Assembly (NCBI RefSeq): GCF_024521635.1
Contig: NW_026250422.1
Location: 124,001-188,000, forward strand
Length of the DNA: 64,000 nt
Direction: 5' to 3'
Source: Tricharina praecox
Lineage: Eukaryota
Part shown: in pieces, positions 11,932 to 25,842 of the stretch
Numbering within the stretch: the stretch's first letter is position 1
Layout: each line of letters begins with the position of its first letter
Program-made: the position numbers and the translations under genes
Notes under the pieces: generated by a model
What the model was told of the DNA's origin: nothing
Database searches by the model: none
Seen by the model: the letters and a program-made list of their open reading frames with translations, nothing else

Positions 11932-12983
11932 GCATTCAACCTTAGTAACTCATGGCAGGTTATATGCCCGTTTACACCTCACTGTCACCGGTCGCTGGCC
12001 ACGAGCTCGATATCGGTTCCGTATTGCTCTCAATGTAGAGTGCACATCCGATCTTCTGATCGACCTTCTGGTGTTCCTGTCGACGAGGAAAGTATGCGCG
12101 AGACTGCGTGGCATCTCGGGAACCCTATTTTTCCATTAATGATGCTATGTCTAATCTTGCCGTAGAAAATAGCAAGTCTCTACATCCGACTGGTAACAGG
12201 TAGTCGTTCAGCCGGATTATCAACAGAATCTTCGAGAGAAAGGACAATATCGTATGAGTGATAAAACATGACCATAGTCATTCCCGAAGCCGTCAGACAC
12301 ACCATTACCAAAGGTTCTATCATGTAGTCACTTCGGACAGCATGTAGTAAAGAGTTTGCGTAGTTGCTCAGAAGATCAACAGATCAGCGGTGTGCCAAAG
12401 GCGGCAACACGTCTCTTCAGGGGGATTCTTGCTATGTACCCATTCGCTCGCAGATGTTTTCAATCTCCACCGTAACCTCTCCTAGTTCATCACTCACTAT
12501 ACATAAAGGCTATCAACGGCTCGCAGCTACTGATCCAACTCATTCCGACAATACGCAGCTTTTGTCGTCGCTCTCGCATTTCGTCGGTCACTACTCGGGA
12601 AAGCAAGGGTGCTTTAGAATGGGAATTGATGCGTTTCTTTGGTGTTTGCAATATATCACTCGGTTTCTCAGTCTTTTGGAAGGCATGGGCCCTGCACTCT
12701 TTGTTTCTTCTTACACTACCAAGGCTTCAGCCTTTGTCTCCTGTACATAAGTACAATCACTCAATATAGCACATCGTTCACCACCATATTTCAGTATTGG
12801 GTTTTGCAAATATGTCACTCGACTGCCTTGCTTAGTCACGATAGAAGGCACAGGCCTTCACGCGTTTTCCTACAAGTGCTATCGAGTCTGACGCCGCCAT
12901 TCTCTGGACATGCAGCCAATACACCGTCCACTTCACTGCTTGCTTATCTTTTTGTTTAACCACCATAGCATTCAACCTTAGTA
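11932..12983. repeat. 16-bp direct repeats GCATTCAACCTTAGTA bounding about 1.02 kb (possible insertion with TSD)
   Basis: Exact copies at 11932-11947 and 12968-12983. The interior has no intact recognisable gene. Confidence 0.6.
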
Positions 12984-13897
12984 TGCATAGTACCGTAGAT
13001 TGTGGCTGCTATCAACCTGGTTCTAACTTCCTCGCCACTGTTCCTTCCCGTGTGAGCGGGGCACGCGCCCTTGCCCTTGCCCTCCGCCTGGCCTGTCCCG
13101 CATATAGCCCTGGAAACCTGGAGCCTGGAAGTTCGCCGTGCTGCACCTTGTGGCCGTGAAGAGGTCGCTGATCCTGAACGTCTTCTGTTGTGGTTTCCAC
13201 TGCGGTCAGAGAGAGAGAGATAACCGATTTACTGTCGCCTACGGCGTTACCAGGTAGACCATAGCGATCCCACTGCGGGCAGTACCTACTTGAGTTTTAC
13301 ATCAGGAAGGCAAGCATGCGCGAATGACATGCCATGATCCATAAACTACTACGGCATGCCTCCAACTACCGACAGACGATGTACAGCTCACCGGCGCCGA
13401 AGAATCTAGAAAGCAGAAGCGAGCGCCGCACTCTCGTCGGTCGGGCGTCCAACCACAGCGTCGACATACAGATGCCGATGCAGGGAAGCCTGAAGGGAAG
13501 GGAGGCGGCCCCGCTTTTCGTGATTCATTGCCGACAAATTTGAAATAGGTAAGTCCCGATGTACCCCCGAGCAAAACCCCACACTTTCACAACGTCATGA
13601 ATTGCTACCACGAGAAAACAACTTCCATCCATCCATATCTACGTCTTGTTCTCATTGTCATCAAAAATAGGTTAGGTACGTACCTCATAACAGCCCGTCA
13701 GTCCGATCCGCTATGTAGTCAAGTCCAAAAGCATCCAAAAGCAAAGCAAAGCAAAAATGAGAGAAAAAGCCACAACACAAAAGAAACATCATCCAAAAGC
13801 AACCCAACCCAGAGCCCAGTCCCAATTCCCAAACTACCCTTCGCACCCTGCCCGATATTTACATCTAAAAATATGATCCTCGTCCTCGCAGCTCCAT

Positions 13898-15797
13898 CTA
13901 TGCGGCCTCGACCGCCGCCAGCTTCGCCGCGGTGAGCTGGTGCTCACCGGCACTGGCGCACTCCCCCGCTTCCGTCCTCTTCTCCCTCTCGATCTTTTCC
14001 ACGACGTAGTCTCTAAACCCGCGGCCACGGAGACTGGAGAGTACCCTTCGAGCGGCGCCACCACTGACGGCGCCAGGGTCGCGGTCATACACACAATTCA
14101 CCGCCATGAGCGCCACCACAAAGAGGTACACATCGCCGTTCTTGACGGGACGGACGAGGCCCTTCTTCTGCAGGACCTTCCATGCCGACACAAGGCCTAT
14201 GCGGGCCGAGTAGAGGAAGTTAGCGCGGCCGCTGTCGCGATCGACGACCGCCCATAGGCCCGCGAGGAACCCGGCGATCCAGAATCGGAATTTGGGAAAG
14301 AGTGTGCGTGGGAGGAGCGACTGCAGGAAGCAGCAGGCTGCCCAGGCGGAGCCGATGGAGCCTGTGATGAAAAGACTTGTTAGGGCTGTTGCGCTGGAAA
14401 TGCGTTTTACGGCTGACACCGGGTTCGCTAGAAATTTTTTGTAGCGCGGGAGCCAGGCTACGCAGTAGATTGCGGCAAGGAATTTGGCGATCCGCGGAAG
14501 CTCAGAGGCCCAAAAGTGAATGTACGTTTTGAGGCAGCTAGGTTCGGCGGGGTGGAGGAGCGCGCATTGGAGGGATTTGATGGCTGGATGCGCGGGCGAT
14601 ACAATGGGAGATATGGAGTATAGGGCTTCCGGAAGGGTTTTGGCATTGGGGAAGAGAATCGGCGAGGAGAAGGGCGGGAAACGTAAGGATGCAATCTTGG
14701 GGAGCGCATCGACCACCGTGGTTGAATCAGGCCATGGCAGGTGCGAAGGGTAGGCATCCGGCCGTGGCTGTATGTACTCGGCGGAATACTTTGTGATGAA
14801 GTCACAATATTCGCGGGGAAAAGCATCGCGGTCGAAGAGGAATGAGTACAAGAGCTGTCCTGAAGTCAAAGGGAAGAGAAGCCAGGAGCCAAACCACTAT
14901 TCGAGTGGGTTAGTGAATGACAAGGCACCTCCGGGAGAGCAGGGACCATACCCATGGGCGGTTCTGAAACCATCCCTCGTCTTCATATCTGTTGAAGATG
15001 AATTCGAGCGCCTTGACAAATGTGTATACTGACAGCGTAACCCTTCGATCGGTCGCAGGGTGGATGAGCAACGCAAGCCCCGCCATCGAAGCTGCAAGTG
15101 GCGGAGCTTTTGGCGACAGGAAAACCTGCGAAGCTTTGGGGTATTTCTCTCGAAACGTCTTCGCCTCGGGAAGTTGTAGATTGGATTTAAGCTGGTAGAA
15201 GAACCGATACAGCAGTCGGTGGAGGACAATCAATGTCGATAACGACAACGACTGAAGAACATTCGATTTATTGTAGAATAGGGACCGCGCCGGGGGAGGA
15301 CTGTAGACATGCAGCTGTTAGTCAACAGAGGATTCTTCGTGGGAGTGCCGCTTCGACAACACGTACGCAGTGCCCTGCTTGCGGCTTCGTAACCGTCCGG
15401 ATGTGTACTCGAAGCCATTGAGAAGGATGCCGTATAGGAGGAACATGCGCAACCCGGCACGTGAGGAAGCGGGAAGGAAATCGTCCCATGTAGCTGACTT
15501 GACGACGACATCGAACTCGGCGCGAGTGGGCGTGTTGGCGGCAACTGGAGCTGGAGCTTTAAGGAGGAACTGGCGACGAACGAAGGCGTATTCTTTTTGG
15601 GAAATGACGTAGCGTAGCGCTAGGATGAGGAGACGGCGTTTCTCCGTCACGACGATTTTCCGTCTAGACGAGCGAGAGGACGAGGACGACCGAGAACGTC
15701 TGGAACCGGTCGAGCTCATTGACCCCCGGCGGCCTAAGGGTTTCTTGCTATCGTCGCCGGCGATGGACTGGTAGGCGACAGGTGTTGTAGAGGACAT
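13898..15797 (-). CDS. TMEM135-like integral membrane protein, spliced
   Basis: ORFs 15318-15797, 14910-15248 and 13898-14869 chain through GT-AG introns. Motifs include LILALRYVISQKEY, LHRLLYRFF, SGQLLYSFLFDRDAFP, SAWKVLQKKG..NGDVYLFVVALMAV. Confidence 0.75.
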
Positions 15798-16825
15798 TCT
15801 CGCCGCACAGAGACGCTCAGATTAAGGCGGAATTCCGATATAGGTGGGACCATGGAGTGGAGGCGAGAGTTTCGAAGTGGGGAGAGGGGGTGTATTGAGG
15901 GGATGTTACGAGCTGGCGATGCTGTTCGGCAGTATGGTACGGGTTCCTTCTCTGTCTTGTGAAAGCTGCAGAAAACTGGGGGAGGAGTTGGCGTGTGACG
16001 CTTAAGGAGAGAGCTACTAGCCGAGGCTTCGAATCCCTTCCCGCTTTGCTGCTGAACCGTGGCCGAGCTCGATGCTCCATGAAGTCATAATGGGTGAGGC
16101 AGTCTGTCATGAACATGTACATCAGCTAAATTTTACGGTGGGAAGACGAGAAAAACAATCTGACTGAGTTCCTCATGATTATTATGCAGCCACAGTGTGG
16201 CGCTGTGGCGGTCAATGTGGCGCTCTCGCTGGCCATGGCCCATGCCGTGGATGTGTGGCGTTGTGGCGCTGCTGCTAGAAATCTGGTACTCGTAGATGGC
16301 CTATGTACATACATGTCACTCACTTTATTTGACAGATGAGATGATCTACCTTTCAATCCACGCCAGCACTCTACATACATACTATGCTCTATACTCCTTC
16401 AACCGGAATAGTATGGTGATACCTGATTCTGTCGGGATTTGGTTTCTTGGGGATGTAGAATACGAATTCAAGTCACAGAGGATCACAGGGGGATCACAGT
16501 TCCCAATAGGTACCGTTCAGTTCTCACATCACATTCCCATGGAAAACTCAATTCAGTCCTAGCACATATACTGTATACAAAGGAGCCCCCACTTCCCTCA
16601 CCCCTCCGCTCCCCTCCTACACCATGCAAATCATACAGTCTACTCCAATCAGATCCAAACAAACAAAAAAAAATCAAAAATCAAAAACACCAAAAACATT
16701 GACTTGCACCCACATGCGGGGGATGGAATAATAGCATAGCATAGCATAGCATGATAATAACGGGACTCATGACGTAGGAAAAAACAGAAAACTCCAAGAA
16801 ATCAAATGGAAAAAAATGTGGTCGG

Positions 16826-18898
16826 CTACAACTCTTCCTCTGCCCACTCACGGCACCACCCGACGCCCCAGAGTGCACGGCTCTGGCACCCGCCTTTCGA
16901 CTCGGGCTGGGTAGATGTGGTTGCGCCCGGGGCGGGGGTGGACCATTCCGGGTCTAAGCATCCACCGAACCAGCCGTGGCGGGAGCACGTCTCTGACGTT
17001 GTCGGCTGGGCCGTGGCGATGGAAGATGCGATGGTGGAGGTTGGGTCAAGACATTTCCCGAAAAATCCGTAGTGTGAGCATGTCTCCGACGCTGTGGATG
17101 TCGTGATGATCAAAGTCTTGGTTATGGTGGTCATTGTCGGGGTGGATGTTTTTTCCGGAGTAGTGGTCGAGGTTCCGGTGGTGGTTGTCGTGGTGGAGTC
17201 TAAGCACTTGCCGAACCAGCCGTAGTGTGTGCAGGTCTCGGTCGCGGTCTGGGTTGAGGACGTAGTGCTCGGGGTTCCTGTGGTGGCTGTGGTGGTGATG
17301 TCTCTGCATCCCCACCAGCCCGGCGTGAAACATGTAGTTGTGCTCGACGTCGTGGTGGATACAGCAGTAGTGCTCGTAGTTGTCGTGTGCGTATCGTTAC
17401 CGCTTACGTACTTCCAGTTGAAGCAGTCGACGCAGCCAGGCTCAAAAGTACACTCTGGCACGTCGTCATACACTTCAATGACATCACGAATGACACCCTG
17501 GATGCGGTGGTAGCCCAGTCCCATTCGCCAGCCCTTGTCGCCAACAACATCGTAGACGCACTCCATTCCGGAGTGGCAATGCGTCTCCATCGCGTAACCC
17601 CCTATGGCGCAAACGGAAGTGGGACCATTACAGGCGCCCATGAAGACAGGGTCAGCGGTGTGACCGAAGTGGTAAATACCGACTTCTGCAGACTGACGAG
17701 CGCCAGAGGGAGGCATCGGGAGGCCGAGTCGTTCGGCGGCAAGCGCTTCGCCAGGAGCTTCAAATGTAACTACCGGAAGTCCGTATGTCTGTCCGATGAG
17801 CGACGAGAGAGCGCCGCCAAGCGAATGTCCGACCACCCAGACGCTTGCATCGGGATACATGGTCGTAACATTGTAGTAGAGGTTCAAAGCAGCACGATAG
17901 TACCGATTCTCTCCCATCAACTCGCGCTTGAGACACATGTTGTCGCAGGTGTAGGCAGTTCCGGAGTAACAATCGCACACGGTCGACCAAAAGTAACTGA
18001 CACGTGCACAGCAACATGAAAACAGCAGATTATCGTTTACCTTGTCGTTAGTCGTTGTCTCTGCACCATCAAAAACCGCTGCAGACGTCCCCTTGAGCCC
18101 GATGATAACGGTTCCATTACTCTGGTCGACAAAGATGTGACCGCGGAGCCCATCACCATCCCACCCGAAGTCATCGGAACGATTGTATGGCGACCCAACA
18201 TCCAGCCAGTCCCCTGTGCGTTCGACAGCGACGTATGCATCAGCTGCAATTTTTGCGAGTGCTAAGACCGTAGCCTTATCGGTGATATTAGGCTGAGGAA
18301 TTTCGTCTCTCGTCCAGGATTCGGCTGTGTAGGATGTGGCCACGCCGTAGCGGTGGTTCAGGAGGTTGGTTTCGACATTGTCTTTCGAGCGATCCGAAAG
18401 TCTCTTGATAGCCCGGTGCTGCGACAGCGCTGTGTACTTTGGTCGGGGGTGGAACTCGGGCAACTCCTCAGTGGAGACAAGCGATTCGGGGTGGACATCT
18501 AACCGCCGTAACATCCGCGGGTATCTAATGCATAAACGTGGTCAGCTAAATTAGAGCTTCGGGGAGACGTGATGGAGCTTACTGGTGTGTCCCGTGGTGT
18601 AGGATGTGTCGGAGACTCTATAGCGGAGCTGTCAGCAAGCTTCGTTTTCACATGAGCTATCAGCAGCACATACAAACTCGTGGACGCCTTCGCTCGCCAC
18701 ATTCTTCTCGTGATCTTCCCCTCCCACTATCACCGGTCCAGGAGCCAAAACATCGCCAGGTGCGAGTATGTCGGTGTCGACGACGAGTCGCGCTGAAGCT
18801 CCTGCGAAAGCTGACAGGACCAGGAAGGAGAGCAAGAGCTTGGCCGTGATCTTCCCAAGCGAGCTGCAAGTGGGTCGGGAGGGGTGTGAAGGAGCCAT
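16826..18898 (-). CDS. ATG15: Autophagy-related vacuolar lipase Atg15
   Basis: N-terminal TM segment; HEF|SLRHILHHG; FGWDGDGLRGHIF; KGTS; TTTNDKVNDNLLFSCCCARVS; nucleophile GHSLGG; HFGHTADPVFMG; Thr-rich C-terminus. Two 5' introns. Confidence 0.95.
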
Positions 18899-19353
18899 GA
18901 GGATAGGTCGCTCCTAGCTATTGTTTTGTTTGTGTGTATTTATGTGTGTGTCGCGAGACTGTTGTTGTAGAGGACGTGTTGGGAGCTGTCGCGGTAGGGA
19001 TTGGTGGTTGGGCCCTTCTTGCAGAGCAGATGGTCAGTCACTCAGTCCGACTTGTTGAGGAGTCCCGAAGCTTGGATAAATAGCGTAGGGGTGGCGCTGT
19101 AGCGTCATGCGGGCCACCTCAGCCAGTCAGCCAGTCAGCGTCGAGGTCCCATGAAGCCAAGCACAAGCTATCACGTGAGGGATCATCGGCATGTGCGAGT
19201 TATCTATCCAGGGTATGTCGTTAGCGCGCCGTGGGAAGGAACGGCTGGAGAGCTTGAGACAAGATACTCAACACGAACAACACAAGAGATCGAGAGGAAG
19301 AAGAGAGGGAATCAATTACAGTCACCACTACATACTCCTCCCCGAAATCTCCA

Positions 19354-21444
19354 ATGTCATCATCACTGCAAGGTCCGCTTCTACCGAATTACCCCGTCCG
19401 ATTCACGATCGACTAGCTTTCTGACTGCCCCGCAGGAACTCCCTTGCCCTCGTCCGCCTCGTCCCTCCGCTCCGCCTCACCCGACACTCGCCCCTCCCTC
19501 CGCGTTGCCCGCTCATTTACGCGTCTCGAGTCCACCGATGGCACCGGTGACCCCCTCACAGACTCTCTCTCGCGTCTGAAAGGCGAACCGCCGGTCCCAG
19601 AGCACGAAGACCCCGCCTCCTCCGAAGATGAGGATGGCAATCCGCTCAGCTCCGCACTGCTGCCGGAAGGCTTTGACGAGCTGCCGCCGGATCTGCTGAC
19701 GCTGGCCGACCGGTTTGTGGATTCCCTTCCGTCTGTTACGCCGTGTTGAGCAACAGCCTAAATCACGCAGCTTCATTGACTCCCTGACGAAGCCCGTGCA
19801 TCCGGCACCCGTCAACGTGGCGCAGCTGGCAGAGTTGTTTCAGCAGTTCTATGGTACTGCGCAGCAGGCGATCGGGAAGTACGTCTCGCAGTCGTATCAG
19901 GCGTTAGCTTCGAAGAAGCCGGGATCGAGGACCCCAACGACGCAGATGCTCTCCAAGGCCGAGATGGTGCAGAAGAAGCGTGACAGGAAGCTGCTGGAGA
20001 TTCGCCGGATAGCGCTCGAGGAAGCTATCGAGAAGCGGGTTACTGAGGGCATGTACGAGAAGATATGGCGACACAAGAGCACGGAAGACGAAGCACGGGA
20101 CGATAGCTTGCACAGCAAGATAGCCGCACTCAAGGTGGTGGGTGTGAACCTAGGACATCTCGGTGTTGAGCTGGCTTCGGAGGCGAAGGCGAAGCTGGTG
20201 GATCACGAGCTGCAAGGGGCCATCAAAGCTTTAACCGCGATGAACGGAAAGAAGTATCCTCTTGGGAAGCTGTTGCTCTTGAAACAGGCACACAAGGCTA
20301 TCGTTGGTATGTTCAGCACTGTCCCATAACTCCCATCCTACTTACACCTGCAGATTGTCTCACCAATCACATCTCAACCACTGATGCCGACTCCCTCTTG
20401 CCTACGCTTATTTACACCCTGATCCTCTCCCCACCGGAACCCCAACTAAACGCCATCTCGAATCTTCACTTCACGCAGCGTTTCCGAGCCGCCAACTTCA
20501 TCGACGGCGAAGCCGCCTACTGCCTCACCAATTTCGAAGCCGCCATATCCTTCCTCGAAACAGTCGATCTAGCAACCCTCAACATCGGCATAACAGACAA
20601 CATCGACGGCACCTCTTCGCCAGCGTCTTCCCTTAGCTCCCTCAACCAAACCCTCAAGCCACACACCCTTCCAACGACCACAACTACCACTAACATCACT
20701 GCCTTGCCCACACACACCTCCCCACCCGCAATCCGAGCCCGCGGAATCTCATACCTGACCCCCATCGACATCGCGACAACCGCGGCCAATACAGCCGTCT
20801 CTACCGCAGACCAAGGCATCCGCGGTATTGGGGTTGCTCTGGAAAGCAGCTACAAGTTCCTCTTTGACCGCACGCAAATCGCACCAAAGACGCTCGAGGA
20901 CGCACGCAAACTCGTCGAATCCCCCAGCAACCCCGTCATCACCGCGCTCCAACGAGCAGACTCGGATATGGGTAGTATTGATGAGAGGCCTAGGTCCCTC
21001 CGTGAACCATCCCCGGCTCCTCCACCGGCCCCGAGCCCTTCGCCTGGGAGAGCGGCCGCTGCTGCTGCCGCCGCGAGTCTAGAGCCGCTAAAGCATATTG
21101 GACACATCGGCAGCTCGATCGGAAGATTCGCTAATATCGGCATGAGGGGACTGGCACGAGTGGCGCCTACACTCCCGCCGCCTCCCCAGGCCCAGACCCC
21201 AGAGAAGAAGGAACAGGTCAAAGACCTCCTCGAAACATTTCCGGATCTGGCGATCTCGAAGGACTTTTCACAGTTACGAACAGGGGCGGCGGATGGAGGG
21301 GTGAGTAAACTAGACTATAAAGTCGACGAGGGACTTGCTGGATGCATGGACGTGCGGGAGTTGAGGATTAAGGATGTCGAGGGCTTGCTGAGGGAGTACA
21401 AGACGCTTGTTGCGGAGTTGAAGAGGAGGAGACTGGTGGACTAG
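19354..21444 (+). CDS. VPS9-domain Rab5 GEF (Muk1-like)
   Basis: ATG 19354 with intron 19373-19435 and further introns. VPS9 motifs PLGKLLLLKQAHKAIV, ADSLLPTLIYTLI, ISNLHFTQRFR..GEAAYCLTNFEAAISFLE; C-terminus ELRIKDVEGLLREYK. Confidence 0.88.
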
Positions 21445-23214
21445 GTAGCGCGAGGACTTTTCGTTTGGTGTTCGGGTTGTACTTGATTACTTGATTCTTT
21501 ATGACGTTTGATTTGTTTATTTTATGGGCTTTTTGTTTGTTTGCGTGGGCATTGTAGGTTTTAGAATACGAATATCTAAAGCGCGGATGTGCATAGGTGA
21601 TTCCGGAGACGTGCGGCTTTCGTCTGGACAGTGGAAGGTCGCTGGCAGGTGGATGCATAGGATGTCACTCAATACAAGCGTAAAATTCTTCCCAATCTCA
21701 CTCCTCCGCCATGGATTTGCTTTTTCATGTGGTCTCGATGCTCCATCAGCTTTGTCTGCAGAAGAGGTCCGTTGAGAAGGAGGATTTCAATTTTCGTTCT
21801 CTTTCGGCTGCTTCAGTGCGAGTGAGAAGTAGTGGGTGAGCGGGAAGAGCAGGAGGTGTGGGAGAGTATGGGTACTCTAGTCTCGATATTGCTGGTAAGG
21901 GGACTTGGAAGGTAGGAACCAGTGGAGTTAGGCATGGTCCATCGCTCTCAAGCGGCGGTGCTATGTACGCTCCATTCACAAGAGTGAATAAACACTCGTG
22001 CACATACAATCCTAGACCCCCAACGCATAACTCACGAGTCTCGGTATAGTACAAACGAACGGACAAAACTCATGTAATTTACGCACTTAATGTAGGTGCA
22101 GTGGAGTATATACAATACATACCGGCAGAAAGAATACTTATACAGAGACGAAGAACAGAAAAGTCAAGCCAACAGAACGACAGCCCGATGCTTCCACAAT
22201 CTTTTTGGCGTTTCCAAACCTTTCTCCCACCTCTCCCACCTCTCCCACCTCTCCCACCTCTCCCGCCATCCTCTATCCTCTCGATATCACTCTGCAAACT
22301 AATGTTCGACGGAAGTTTCCTGTCACTTCGAATGCTCACGGATTCCGGTGGAACTGTGAAAGGCAGTCGGAATGGGACTGGCTCGGGCCCCCAGCAGCCG
22401 CGGAGGCCATGGTGGGTACTGGGACATTACTACACACAAGCGGAAGGGTCGCAACAGTTCGGGAGGAGAGGTCGGCAGTGTAACCCGACCTCCGGGATAG
22501 GTAGGGAACTGCCGTTGCCGAAGGGATGGAGCACAGTACGGGAGCTTGGAATAGGAGCTTGGAATAGCAGCTTGGAATAGGAGATGTGGCATTATTGTTA
22601 CGGGAGGTGAAGGGAGGGAGGGATGAAGCGGGAAGCAGCTGCAGGAGCTACTATGCAAGCAGATCTCGAATCTGTATGTGATGCAACACAAAACCAGGGT
22701 CCGTGTTTTACAATACACAGAATTAAACGTCTCGGGTTTATTGATTCGGCAATCAAGATAATATAGTACTCTAAATGATGCTTAACACTTCCCGGAGATC
22801 TGCCATCTGGATCGCCCGGATGCACCAACTGCAGAGGACAGCTGCGGCAGATATAGTACGCATGTAACCTCACTCCCACGCGGGAAGGGTTGCAAGGGAA
22901 TGCACGGCGGTGTTATTCACACACGGAGTACAGAAGAACGAGTGTAGACGGGTACAGGCCGACCGGCCGCTTGAGTGGCGTTGGTGTTCGTAGGAGCGCC
23001 CCATTCCGGAACGAGTACTTACGGAGGAGTGTGTTGTTGTTGTGCATTAGATGTAAAGCCGTTGTTTACGCTTCTATCCGATTCCATCCACCGTTGCCGC
23101 TGCCGCCACAGTCCCTTCTATTCCTTCCCGTCCCTCTCCCTCTTCCTTTCCATCTTCCTCTTCCTCTTCCTCTCTTCCTACATCCACTCCACTACATCCG
23201 TCCTTTTTGGTATC

Positions 23215-24105
23215 ATGAACTCACTCATCTCCCGTTGCAAGATCGATGACACGCTCCATGCCCACGACGACAACCATGGATGTGTCTCCTCGCCAACCTC
23301 AACGATCTCCTTGACCACTGTCACCCCGATCCCTTGCCTTCCACCCACTCACCCACTGATTCTGACTCGGCTGTATTGCCGCTGGGTGACATCCCCCGTT
23401 TCCCTCCTCGTCAGAGACTACTAACACCCACAGCATCCATTCCTCGCCAAAGAGCCGACCTCCACGCTGGTCCTCATCACTCCTCAGAACCAGTTCCTGG
23501 ATCTACGCTTCTGCCGCAACTCCATCACGCCCCGCCTCGTCGGTGGCACCGCCGGCACCTACATCCGGACGAGCACATCCGGTATGCGGGCCTACACCCT
23601 CGACGCACTTGACCCGCACCCGCAAAACCACCTGCACTCGCTGCGGTGCCAGGCAAACGGTGACATATACGAGACGGGCGTGCTTCCGAACCCCGGCAGC
23701 GGCACAGAAGATCTGACCTACGAGGCTGTCTGGCGGGTGTCTCCCGTGCAGCCCAGGCTCGCCGTGGTGCTGGCGTATCGCGGAACTCACGGACAGGGCG
23801 TGGTGGTGCGGGTCGGCTCCTGGTGCCAGGGACTGCTGGTTAAGGGGAAGCTGATCACCGCCGAGAGGTGGCAGAAGCTGGATGGCAGGTGGGTGAGGGT
23901 GATGAGGCTTGGGAATGCGTGGTTGCCCTGTGGGGTTGCATGTGTCGACCGCGATGAGGCTGCGGACAAGGCCCTGTGGCAGGGAGCAAGGTATTGGAGG
24001 GAGGCTACGGGACTGAAATTTGTGGTCGAAAAGGTCATTGGCTTTGGAGATCGTGTGGTGGCTGGCGGCGACGAGTGGGAAGTAGTTGAGAGAGTGCAGT
24101 GGTAG
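23215..24105 (+). CDS. HRI1: HRI1-family protein
   Basis: ..TRLYCRW|HPFLAKEPTSTLVLITPQNQFLDLR..ETGVLPNP..YEAVW..VVVRVGSWCQG..AERW..WEVVE; one intron ending at 23433. Start codon uncertain. Confidence 0.72.
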
Positions 24106-24412
24106 GAAGGCGAATTGCTGCGTTTTTCCACCACACAGTATAAATGGATGAACTTCGATCGATAACTCCTACCTAGTAGTTGATATCACAACCCCTTCAA
24201 GTGTATTTAGTTACGTAGGGCGATAGCATCCACTGGAAATGGCCTAGACATCTTGCAGAGAACTGCATAGCCAACATCATGCTTTCTCACTCTGGCCGTA
24301 ATTACATGGTTACACGAGATGACTAGCGTCTGACGTCTCGGCTTCTTCCGTCATTCCCATCCCAGCTGTCACCGCGCGCGTTACTCATTCCCACATAGGT
24401 ATTCAATCCACC

Positions 24413-25842
24413 ATGTCCTCACGCTGGTCCGACACCGCCGAAGACGTAGCCGAAGCCGCCCGCCTGAAAGCCGAAAAGGCCGCCAAACGCGCCGTAAAAG
24501 AAGAGCGCAAACGCCTCGAGGCGGAGAAAGCTGCGACGGCGGCCGCCCAAGTCTCTCCCCCACCCACGAAGCGCCAGAAGACCCGCAACGACGATGACGA
24601 CACGCTTGCTCCCGATGCAGAGGCGAAGAAGGAGCCGAAGCTGCTGAGGTTTTCCGCTGGCACGATCGGTAGCTGTAGACACGTCGAGACTAGCTACGAA
24701 CGCTTGAACCATATCGAGGAGGGGTCCTATGGTGTCGTCTCCAGGGCGAGGGATATGGAGACGGGCGAGATTGTGGCGCTGAAACGGTTGAAGCTGGAGA
24801 GAGAGATCGATGGTTTCCCAATAACTGGTCTTAGGGAGGTTACTACGCTCATGGCGGCGAGGGAACATCCCAATGTCGTTCGGCTGCGGGAGGTGGTGAT
24901 GGGAGATACGTTGAAAGAGTGAGTTGATTTCTACACTCTTTCCCCATCCCGTGCTCAGTGCGACGAGATGATGCTGACGGCGGGGAAAAAAGCGTGTACA
25001 TAGTGATGGACTTCATCGAACACGACCTGAAGACGCTGTGCGATGACATGTCCGAACCCTTCCTGCTTTCCGAAACGAAAACCCTCCTCCTCCAGCTGCT
25101 TTCCGCCACAGCCTACCTACACTCTCACTGGATCCTACATCGCGATCTGAAAACCTCCAACCTCCTCCTCAACAACCGCGGCCAGATCAAGATTGCCGAC
25201 TTCGGCCTGGCGCGGTACACGGGCGATCCAGCGCCGGCACTCACGCAGCTCGTCGTGACACTGTGGTACCGGGCGCCGGAACTGCTTCTCGGCGCGACAA
25301 CCTACGGCACCGAGATAGACACCTGGAGCATCGGCTGCATCTTCGGCGAGCTGCTGACACGCACACCGCTCCTGCAGGGCAAAACCGAGATCGACCAACT
25401 ATCGAAGATCTTCGAGCTGCTGGGCGTCCCCACGGACGAGAGCTGGCCGGGGTACCGGCGCCTCCCCAACGCCAAATCCCTCACGTTCCCCAAACACTCA
25501 TCCACAACCGGCTCGCACCTGCGCGCGAAATTCCCGCTGCTCACGAACGCCGGCGTCGACCTCCTTGCGGGCCTGCTAAAGCTCGACCCCAAGGCCCGCA
25601 CCACCGCCGAGGACGCTCTCGGCCACGAGTTTTTCCGCGAAGAGCCCCGGCCGAAGCGCGAGGAGATGCTGCCGACGTTCCCCAGCAAGGCCGGCCAGGA
25701 GAAGCGAAGGCGCGCGTTCAGCCCTAGTGCGCCGGTTAGGGGCGATGCGCCAGTGCTCGAGGGCGTCGTCGAGGGAGGCGTGTTTACCGGCGTCGAGGAG
25801 GAGGCGGCCGGGGCCGGGTTCGCGCTTAGGATGGGAAGATAG
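24413..25842 (+). CDS. CDK11: Cyclin-dependent kinase, CDK11/PITSLRE family (Ppk23-like)
   Basis: IEEGSYGVVSRA, VALKRLK, GFPITGLRE, HRDLKTSNLLLNNRG, DFGLAR, LTQLVVTLWYRAPE, PTFPSKAGQE. Intron 24919-24992. Confidence 0.92.

Noticed and set aside
21500..23200. Short ORFs with PPL/SPT repeats
   Set aside because: They derive from a 9-bp repeat (TCTCCCACC) and CT-rich low complexity; no domain evidence.
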